From the NCBI GenBank assembly GCA_010405405.1, contig MU004235.1, forward strand, positions 510,538 through 574,537: DNA of 64,000 bases, read 5' to 3'. Positions 53,835 to 64,000 of this stretch are shown here, one piece after another. Source of the stretch: Microthyrium microscopicum (Eukaryota). Numbering within the stretch: position 1 is the stretch's first letter; each line of letters opens with the position of its first letter. The notes under the pieces are model-generated. The model had not been told where the DNA came from. It saw only the letters and a program-made list of their open reading frames with translations, and did no database searches. The position numbers and the translations under genes were made by a program.

Positions 53835-54230
53835 TTTGCCTAATTTCCTATCTTCGCTTAGCATAGCAGTAGAGTATACTGTATGACAATGCTGTGGGGT
53901 GGGACGGAAGTTGGCAAGATAATGCAAAGGCGCGCTTTACGCGTCGCGTGGTAAGCAAAGCGCTTCAAGGATAGTTTGAATCAGATTTCTGAAGTGTGGC
54001 CGAGTTTGGAATGCTGTTCCTCTGTTCTCAATTGATGTATTATGCTCAATTATTACCAATTGCAAGGAAAAGAGTTGAAGATGAAGTATCTTGAAGGGAG
54101 AGGGGACAACCAAGGCAACTTCTTCACCTCGTCCTCCAGGCCGCACTCAACCTCAACACGAACATTCGACTGAGTCTTTTCTCCCGGCCACTCCCAATTG
54201 CCAAAAAAATCATCAAACCAATAACTCAAA

Positions 54231-54793
54231 ATGGCATCAACAGTCCTCGTCGAAACAACAATGGGCCCAATAACCCTAGAGCTCTACACAACCCACGCGC
54301 CGCGCACCTGTGAAAATTTCTCCAAACTGGCGCAACGCGGCTACTACGACAACACCATCTTCCACCGCGTAATCCGCGACTTTATGGTGCAAGGCGGCGA
54401 CCCCACCGGCACAGGACGCGGAGGTCAAAGTATCTGGGGCGATAAGTTTAAGGATGAGATTGATGGGAGCCTCAAACATGTGGGGGCTGGGGTGTTGAGT
54501 ATGGCGAATAGTGGGAAGGATACGAATGGGAGTCAGGTATGTGATATTGTATTCATGAAAGGAGAGTGTTTTGTAGTGCGATAGGTGAGGCTGATGGGTG
54601 TTAATAGTTCTTTATCACGTTGGCGCCGACGCCGTGGCTGGATGGGAAACATACGATCTTTGGACGGGTGAAGAGTGGGTTGAAGCTTGTGCAGAGAATT
54701 GGACTGGTCAAGACAGGGAAGGATGATGTGCCGATCGAGGAAATTAAGATTATTTCGGCGAAGATTGTTGAGGAGGGTGCGGATGAGTTGTGA
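54231..54793 (+). CDS. cyp1: Cyclophilin-type peptidyl-prolyl isomerase, PPIL1-like; intron 54537..54607
   Basis: [69 protein letters not shown]. Confidence 0.93.
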
Positions 54794-56287
54794 TGGTCTG
54801 GTTAATGATTTGACGATGATTGCTGAAGTTATGCTATGTCCTGGCTGACTGGTCTTTTCAGTCCTGGATGATAATCCAAGGAGATGAAGATTCAATTCGT
54901 GGTTGTCTCGAATACTACGAGCACACACATTGTTATAGAAGCGCGATGTAAGTACCTGATCTATCTACTACTCGCTCGTTATTTTCAAACTCAAGTAGCT
55001 GACAATTCAAAGCAGTACGGATTATTCGAGTTCTGGTCAACGATTCCTGGAATATCGATTCTGATTTCGTCCATCAAATTTTAATTGACGACGAAGTCCG
55101 TAACTGCGAGCTTCTCAATGTCCTAGGTTACAGTCTAACAGTAGCAACGATATACAGTCGTTGAATTTTCTATCCTTGTAGTCCTGTTTTGGGTAATTTT
55201 GTATACGATGATGTGATGCTTAAGAATACGATGATCTCTGGTAAAGGAAGAGTAATGATGAATCGAGTCAAACATAGTATCAAAGTGTTTCTTGACCAGA
55301 CAAAACTTTCAGCTACTCAAGAATCTCAATCGCTTTAAGAATCCATTATTGTCACTCATCGAAAACATATACAAACTAGACCTAGGCGCATCAAGGCGCG
55401 TAAAACGAGGAGATATACTAAAAGCTGGACTACTCTAGTCAAGTCTGTAATAGCATAGAATATAGACCAACCAAACTACAGCGCAAACTAATGTACATGC
55501 ATGTATTGTAAGGATTACTCTTTACTGTGGCAAAGACGATGCTATGCACATAGCTAAGTGCTACAACTTGATCATTCTCCTGTAGATAGTACATTAGTAC
55601 CTAGAACCGTTGACATCAAAAGCTACAAATGTTTTGCACAAGTACACAAAACTGGACGAAGTATCTCCAGTGAGTTTTGTGTTCTCATTTCGAGCGTTCA
55701 TAGTTTCTACATTCGAAATTGAGCCATGTAGGCTGAGCAAATGGCAATATTTCCCTTTATGAAGGGAATCCGCGGAAACAGCGTAGGCTACTTGGCTACC
55801 CAATTGGGCTCGAAGGTATATTCCCGGTCAAATGCTCGAAATTTGGTGGTGGAAAAGGGCAGTGACGTCAGGGATTTTGGGGGTCACAAGGTGGTAGCTG
55901 CCGTTTGTCGTGTCATCGTGCTTCGTGCTTGCCAACTGAAGTGCCGAAGGCGGGAGAAGGACGAGGAGCACGCATCGCCTTCCGTCTGAACTTCGCCTCT
56001 TTAAACCTTCTTATATCCAAATTCAGCGGGCGTCTTCTCTTCTTAAATACACTACAAAATCCCCAAAGATAACATCCACACTATTTACAAAACCTGTTCC
56101 ACAGCCTGCTGCACGACCCAGTATTTTGCATATTTTGCAGATTCCTATTCCATTCACAGCCTGTCAGACCCTCTTATCTGGCCCACACCTCCGCTTTTAG
56201 CCTGATCAACAGTCGAAGTTTCCTTGATTGAGCCCTCCACAAACCAAAAGCCCTCGTATTCTTTGAAACACACCTGTTTGCTGCTAA

Positions 56288-57556
56288 ATGGCTACGCTTG
56301 GGCTCAAAGCCTTACGTCAGTAATTTCCCATGTGAATCCATCAGCCTTACTAACTGCCCAGATTATGGCGCCGACAGCATTCCCGACAGCGTCTTTGAAA
56401 AAATCCCTGTTGTAGGCCCACGATACTTCCGCGAAGACGATAAAGACGACAAACGCAGAGACCGCAAGAGTAAAAGCGACCGCGACCACAAAATGAAGCA
56501 ACGAGATTCCGGCCGTGGTCGCTCATCGCGCGACGACAAACGGTACAACTCAGACTCCTACTCGGACAACTCCGACTATGACGACAGGAAAGCGCGCCGT
56601 TCATACCGCAGAAGTGAAGGTCAAAATCGCAGGAGAGATCGTGATGATCGCGATTATGATAGCGACATAGGACCGATGGATGAACCAAAACAATACTCTG
56701 GCACTCCGTTTTTCCCACCTCCACCAAGAGGCGCCGCGAGTGCCCATCCTCTGGATCAGCAAGACCAGCAAAGTCGCGGGATACCAGATGATGGCGCATA
56801 TCTCCCTCGTCCTTACAATCCTGATGAATACGGCGCGCAAAATGGCACGCGCGATAATTATTACTCGGGGCATCCTCAAGAGCAGCAACCTTTCACACCA
56901 CCACCCCAAGGAGGCCCGGTTCCGCCGGTAGGCATATCTATCGTTTGAGGCTACAGAACACAGCTAATATTTCTCAGCCTCAAAACTTGTCTCCCCTGCC
57001 TCGATCAGACACATCGCGCCATTCTTCCCGCGGACATTCATCAGTCGCCGACAAATACCGCCCTCTAGGCTACGACCAGCAAGGCCGAGGAAGCCCAAAT
57101 CCCAACTATCCATCCGCCATGACACCATATGCATACGACAACTATCGCGACCCTGGCTACAACACATATCAACCTCCAGATGAACGCGACGACTACGACT
57201 CTGAAGATGAGGAGCCTCGCGCACGACGCCATTCCCGCAGCGGTTCTCGCAAACCCAGCCGCAGCCGCAGTCGTTTCAGTGAGCGGATGAAGGATACGAA
57301 AGTCAAAGCCACTGGCGAATTTGAGAAACACAAGAAAGAGCTCGGAGTTAGTGCCCTCGGAGCTCTAGCTGGTGGAATCATCGGCAATCAATTCGGAGGA
57401 AAGAAGAACCGCAATGTTGGAACTTTGATTGGCGTTGCGTTGGGTGGTATCGGTGGAGGACTCTATGAGAAGAAGAGTGAGGATAAGAAGAAACGAATGA
57501 AGTTGGAGAGACGTGCGTCTAGACGAGACAGTGGAGATGGATACGATTCCTATTAG
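56288..57556 (+). CDS. Low-complexity fungal protein with C-terminal glycine-zipper 2TM motif; introns 56316..56361, 56928..56977
   Basis: Spliced start MATLGLKALHYGADSIPDSVFEKIP; R/D/S- and P/Y-rich middle; LGVSALGALAGGIIG...GTLIGVALGGIGG. Confidence 0.85.
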
Positions 57557-58963
57557 GTTTTATGAGTATATGATGATGAGTGGAGTTTCATGATACGATT
57601 GACGATTATGCATTTTTAGGGCCGATGAGATTATGAATAACGAGATGCATTGCTGGATTGTTGTTTTCATGGTTCTATTCTAGCTGTATCCTTATATCTC
57701 AATTCACGATCCTATTTTTATATTGTTAAGCTCACCGCTGCAGCTTTCGATCCATCCCCAATGCTGTATGGCAATATCCAACCATTCGCAGAAATCGCTC
57801 ACTCGTCCCTTCCTGACAAACGGCTCAGCGTCCACGAAAAGGAAACTGGAATATATCAAGATACGCCACAGTCCCACGTGTATCCCTCTCACCCCAGGTA
57901 TAACACTTGGTCTGCTATATCAGCAATCCGAATCTAGTCCGCCATCAATCCAGCTCTTCACTTCCTCGGCCTGCGTTACCAACATTCTACCATCCCACGT
58001 CTCGCCGAAGTACCTTGTCTGGAACAGAACCTATCAAGACAAACCCGCTGCTTAAACCACTACAAACTTTCGCCTCGGAAATACAAGCAGTGATCTCTCG
58101 CCATGTATCTTCAGGTTAGGCTGTTTTGTGATACCAGACAGCGGATCTCAGATACTGATTCACTCAACGACTTGTGCCGCGGCTAAAATCTACGTTCAGC
58201 CAGCCATACTTTGTTCTTTCTGGAACATCACCACTCGATTCTGGAAATGCTCCTCACTGATCAATTGCACTTCCCGATCTAGGCCCTTGCACAACAACAA
58301 ACTCGACCTTGATCAGCTCATCCCAGGCACCTGGTTAAAGAAGGAAATGGAGCGCACAGAACGTGCTGGATGGCAATCGTGTTGACTTAGTAAATCGGTC
58401 TGGTTATATCGTGTGCGACGTTACATTTTCGTGAAGACGAGCTGCTGTGTATCCTGATTATGCAAAGCAGAATCAACTGGCAAGGCGGAATTAGGCCATG
58501 TCTCTGCCGGGTTTGTTTCTCGCCCAGATTCGGCCGGCTCCCTTTGTCGCTCACACGAGCAAGACGAGGCGCTTTCAACGGCGAAGCCACAGTGACATGT
58601 CTCAGGACTAGTTGACCGTTTGGGAGGCAAAGCACGCTGAGTGAGCAGAGCAAGCAGAGACATACGCACGAGAACGTCAAATGTCTTGGAGTTAGTGGTG
58701 GAGTCAATTCCAACTACGTGCTGATTTTGCTGGAGTGAACAAAAGAGTGGTGATGCGAGAGATAACACTTTGGGTCTTCAAGAGCATGGAAGTACGTTTT
58801 CTATGCAAGATTTGGTATTGGTGATGTATGCTGTGAATCACCAAGACTTCTCTAGCCGCCTGGGCACTATGAACAAAAATACAAGAAATTTAGTATACAG
58901 CATTGGAGCAGACTTCTACTATCAAACCCATCCAGAATCCCCACTCAGTAAGCGTTCTACCCG

Positions 58964-60392
58964 CTACAGTTTGACGACTTGAAAGTAGCCAACCTTATAA
59001 GTCGCTTGCAACATACTATCCGTATCCATAATATACCCAGCCTCACCCAAATCCGGATCATTCACTTCGATTCGGAATCCCATCAACTCGATCAATTCCA
59101 TGACCTCATCCCACGCTAACTCAACCTTGCCCTCAAAAGCCTTCTGCTCCTTCAACTTCTCAAACCGTCTACTACCACTCTGCCGTGCTCTCGCCGCTTC
59201 GTGATCATCTAAATCCCCTTCCAACTTGCCCGCCGGTCCATTCTCAAAGCAATTCCACAACAGTGGCCCCGCATTGATCCACGTGCCACCAGTCTTCAAC
59301 ACATGCTTGATCGTCGCTACATACTCCGCGACATTTGGCGCCGTGTCAAGGAAGAAGGCTGTGACTACCACATCCATGGAAGCCTCGTAGCCTAGGTTTG
59401 AGTATTGCCGGAAATCATAGGGCGTTACGGTAAGATTGGCGCAGCGTAGGAGGACTTTATCCCCCTCTACGTCCAGTCGAGCCTGCTGGTACGGTGCAAT
59501 GATAATCGAATTTTCCTCAGGAACTAGATAGGACCGGAACTGGTCAGAGGCAGATACATGGTTGCTGAATTGGAGGGCCCAGGGCTGGATCGCGTACTGG
59601 CGTGCCTCGCGGTTAGAGAGGATCCAGTGCACGGCTAGAATCTGGTGGTAGGAGAGTTCATTCGCGATCACGTCGGCGGATGGAGCGAGTTTGGCGATCT
59701 CGACCGCTAGACGGCAGAGACCGGCGCCGGGGACGAGTATAGCGAAATTCTCAGAGTCAGATTTGGTGTGGTTTTTGGCGATGGCGCGGATGGCGGTGAG
59801 GATGGGCTTGAAGATGACGTCTCGCTCGCTGGAGCCTTCGACGGTCCAGTCGCGGAATAGTTGGCGAATTGTGGAGCGCACGATGGCCTGATCGCTGGTG
59901 GATGGGTCTTTGCCGGTGTACAGATTTGGGATGAGTGGGTGGGTTGAGGTTTCGAGAATTCTGGCGCAGATTGTGGAGTGGGCTTCAATGGCTTTGCTGA
60001 CTTTAGTGAATTTGTCGCTGAGCTTTTTGTTTAGGAATTGCATCACTGGGTCGTTTGAAGCGCCTTCTTTCTTGAGTGAGCTTAAATGCTGCTCTCGTGG
60101 GCGCAGTATAGTCTTGATGGTGTCAAGTCGATATGAACTGTTGGACGTTAGTTGGATGTGCACTGAACTGACGTTACGATTAAACCTACTCGTATGCTAT
60201 GCGCGCTCTTCCAAATTGATGTCTTGACCAGTCTACTCGTGACATGGCCAAGTTGACTGCCGGAGCCTTGCGACCGTTTGTTGTTGAAGGTGGCGCTGGA
60301 ATATCAATTCGAGATGAGTCAATGGGTTCCGAGTCGCTAATGTTGAGACTTTCGAACGGTTCAGATACATTGTTTTCCAGAGATTCTGTCAT
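58964..60392 (-). CDS. N2227-family SAM-dependent methyltransferase (carnosine N-methyltransferase-like), one intron near 60135..60187
   Basis: STIRQLFRDWTVEG..ER, ILVPGAGLCRLA, NELSYHQ, VVTAFFLDTAPN, WINAGPLLW; GTAGGT..CTAAC..CAG intron joins the upstream exon. Confidence 0.88.
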
Positions 60393-62404
60393 GATACTTT
60401 TTGGTTGATCGAAATTGGTTTGCTGGTACAGAGAGATGCAGTGTTGAAGGTGGTCTGAGGAGTTTTGACTGAGATGGTGCGAGCTATGGCATGACTTATT
60501 TGCGAGTGGCAGTAAACGAGGTTCCGTCAACTGAGCAACACTGTTTGGTAGTCCAGTCACTGGGAGGCCCCTCCTGGATTCGGGCCACCTTGTTGGAGCT
60601 AACATTGCAGTGACCATTTTTCAGCAATTAACTGTACACGGCCGGTAGAAAGTCACTGATGTGATGAACCAACACTATTCGCTGCGTGTCTCCAAAAATT
60701 TGATAGTCGTAGGATACACCCGAGGTACTATACAATAGGTACTATAGTAAAGCAACGGGCGAAGTTGAGGATGTCAATACTCCGATCGTGGCTTTTATGT
60801 GAAGCTGAATTGAGGTGTAGCTGATCCAAAATGAGACAACACCACGATGTAGGCCAAGATCATGGACAGTAGAGATCCAAGTAGACTTGAGTAGTACAGT
60901 TGTACGTGCACACTGAGAAATACTACTTTGTACTTGAGCAATTATTGCGCAGAATCTGGTATTACTGAAAATGGAAACCGGGTGGATGGTACAACTCGGT
61001 TGACAGCCCCGTCGTTGGGTTGCGTGTTACTCTACTCTTATTTGAATGGACTTATACATCCTGCAATGGCCACACAGCATACGTTTGTTGGCCTAACTTA
61101 CCAAGCTAGTGTTTCTGGAGTGCCATGTGCGTGGTCTCGGTGGGTCTTTCGACCTGGTATCTGGTGTTCTGACTCGGGTTCGCCGAGCCCCTAGTAATCT
61201 TGAGTATACCACAACCAGAAATTGGTGTGGATGTGATACTCTAAGGTATTTTAGCTCGAGTATGTCGTATTTTGTAACTGCAACTTTCTAGCTCTGTTTG
61301 GAATAAGTTCGTGGGCTTTTGATCAGTGAACGGTCATGGTTAGCTTTGGGAGTAAGAATCGATACTAGGGCGGCCTATACTCTGAAGTGAAAACGCCCGT
61401 GGTCATGTTATCAAACGGACTTGTTGTATTGCGCTTTTTACCTCCTGCTTCTCGTGCTATTGGCAGTAGTCTCAATTTCATGGCGCAACTCCCTCGCTGC
61501 AAGCAATTGAGAGTGCGCAACACCAATAGTTGTTCTTGAACGATGAACTCCATGAATCCGGGATCCTCGCGATTGCTCTTCACTGTTAGAGTTGGCACAT
61601 GATGCATCGTGAACTGGCCTCCATAATCACTTCTCGTCGCTTGTGAAGTAAACTTATTTGACTGAGCCAACATATCAGCTCGGGTCCTTTGCACGGGCGC
61701 AACCGTGAATCTATTACTTACTATGGTTTCAAACAATCATTAGTCTGCATAACAGCTTATTGTGCATCTGCAAATACTGAGGCCAGACCAAGCAACCTTC
61801 TGAAAAGATGTCAATCTTCTGAATACACAACTTCATGCGTTGACCGCCTGATACGCCTGATCCGCCCTCCAAATCAACACACAAAGAACTGTTTCCTATA
61901 ATTCCTTCTCGTATAGACGTTGGCGAATGTAAACCATCCAGGTATTGCGGAGCAATCCTTCAAAAGTAGCTGACCCCAGTTTGGACAAGGGATCTCGGAT
62001 TCCGGAACGCCACAACGATTCGACAGGGTAACATATCAGCAGAGCAGGTGGAAGAAGATCCCAAAAATCGATTGCCACATTCTGCAACAAGTGAAGAAAT
62101 CACTTTGGGGTGTCACAAGTACCTGCGGGACCATCAATAGGTGTGACGCCTGTCAACTTTCCCAAGCAGCTGTGCTGCAGATTTAGCGTGGATTCGGGGA
62201 CACACTTGAAACGACACAGAACAACCAGTCTTCAGATCCGATACCATCGTATATAGAAAGACGCAGGTCTCGTTGGATTTCACCAAACATAGGCGACTTT
62301 TGAGAGCCTTGTTTCCTATACTCCGTTCATTGTTCAATCATTTTGGAAACCTATCCTTCACCACAAGTCTTTCACTGGTTCTTTTTCATACATTGGACAT
62401 ATGA

Positions 62405-64000
62405 ATGCCTACATCAGACGACACAAAAGGTAACCGGCGCTTACCCGCCGCGCTGGCGAATACCAAACATGCCGAAAATACTCTTGGTTCGTGGAAGAGT
62501 GCCTACATTCGTACGGAGCGTAGCTCAGACGACATTCCAGCCTCGGCCTCAACATTATACACTCCGGAAAATGAAAAGTTCGATATACCGCCGCCTGATG
62601 GAGGCACAAAGGCATATCTTTTCATGCTTACTGCTTTCATTATCGAGGCTGTTATGTGGGGTAAGTCCACTGCTTTCATATCATACTTTCGTCACTCTCG
62701 ACCAAGGAAATGTTTTCTTTGCCTTTTCCTTCCTTTCGTTAATTCCTTGCTCTTTCGGACTTGAGAATTATGCATGCTCCCTGAGTCTATCTTACCCCGG
62801 AAAACGTTGGGGCCGTACGCACCCTTCTGCATGTTCAGTCTGGAGTTGTTACAGGACCCTAGCCCATGAATCGCAACACCATGCTAATGCAGGATATACA
62901 GGATTTCCACTTACCTCAAGTGGAGTTTTTACCTCATACTACAACAAGCAAGACAACTTTGCTAGCAATGCATACATTGCTGTGATCGGTACTCTCGGAA
63001 CCGTAAGTTGCAACTCTGGTCAACCAGAACACTCAGCCTTGTACTAAGGTACCCACCAAAGCACAAGGCTGACCAATCCCGGTCGAATCCAAAACCTCTT
63101 AGCCTCACCATGCTGACTCTTTTGCCCTAGGGAATCCCATTCCTTGGTGCGCCAATCATCACTCCATTTTGTGCCAGATTCCACAGGTACCAAAGGCAAA
63201 TGATATGGACCGGATGGATTATGTGCATGGCGTCCCTGACCGCCGCCAGCTTTTCAACTACCATCTGGCAGCTCATCATCACACAGGGCCTAGGCTATGG
63301 AGCGGGATTTCTCATTCTCTACTACGCCCTACTGAGCATGCTCAATGAGTGGTTTGTTGAGCGTCGTGGTCTTGCATATGGCGCTTTGTTTGCGGCAGCC
63401 GGTCTTAGTGGAACCGGTCTGCCCTTTCTCATCGACGTCTGTCTAAACCGATTTGGCTATCCATTGACGCTACGAGGCTATGCAGTTGCAATACTCGTTC
63501 TGGTTGGACCAACGCTACCGTTTTGTCGTGGAAGACTACCCTCGCCTTCGAATCCCCAGTTCAGCAAGATCCAGTTTTTGAGCGTGTTCAAGAACCCGAT
63601 TTTTTATTTCTTTTCGCTGTCAAACATCTTTCAGGGACTTGCCTTTTACCTGCCTGGTCTTTTTCTCACGATCTACGCTGAAACACTCGGCATCAGCCCC
63701 CTCAATGGCGTAGTACTGCTATGCGTACTCAACCTCGCCATGGTCGTCGGCCAAATTGCGACCGGTTGGTTGTCTGACTGTGCCAACATATTCATTCTGC
63801 TCCTCGTCTCTACGCTTGGCTCCGCAGTGCTTGGATGCGTTCTCTGGTACATCGCCAAGGACATGCTGTACCTCATCTTCTTCGCCATACTTTTCGGTGT
63901 CTTTGCCGGCGGATACACAGTCATGTACACGCGATTCTGCTCGGCATGTACCGACGATCCAGCAACAACACTTTGGCTCTACGGCATCTTCGCATTTGAG
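62405..64000 (+). CDS. MFS monocarboxylate-transporter (MCT/Mch-like) family protein, 3' end beyond window; introns 62661..62901, 63003..63130
   Basis: PPDGGTKAY..AFIIEAVMWG|FP; LIITQGLGYG; LNEWFVERRGLAYG; multiple TM segments. Confidence 0.9.

Noticed and set aside
25711..63930. Many antisense or alternate-frame ORFs in the ORF track overlapping called genes
   Set aside because: Shadows of real coding sequence with no independent motifs.
21108..64000. Starship/large DNA transposon, secondary-metabolite cluster, tRNA/rRNA genes
   Set aside because: No tyrosine-recombinase captain, transposase, PKS/NRPS or cloverleaf/rRNA sequence recognised by eye.

Overview
Fungal (filamentous ascomycete, Pezizomycotina-type) nuclear DNA with two sharply separated compartments. 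1..~21107 is an AT-rich block of RIP-degenerated, nested LTR retrotransposons. It comprises a Ty1/Copia element (+) interrupted by two different Ty3/Gypsy chromoviruses (both -). Gypsy B is full-length, with 227-bp LTRs and an ATTAG target-site duplication. Gypsy A carries an extra ~3.2 kb between its chromodomain and 3' LTR. This extra segment holds what looks like a RIP-killed, multi-intron gene antisense to pol, bracketed by 62-bp palindrome-containing direct repeats. ~21110..64000 is GC-balanced, gene-rich DNA. In order it encodes an HMT1-type ABC half-transporter, a HET-domain protein, a secreted type-B carboxylesterase, the C2H2 factor MtfA, a divergent SDR / glutamine-synthetase-like pair, and a dienelactone-hydrolase-family protein. 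A putative accessory patch follows (small PPxY membrane protein, stand-alone CxxCxGxG zinc-finger protein, intronless bacterial-like secreted hydrolase, kinase-like pseudogene). After it come cyclophilin PPIL1, a glycine-zipper protein, an N2227/carnosine N-methyltransferase-like gene and a partial MFS monocarboxylate transporter. All calls are from manual reading and translation; no database searches were run.
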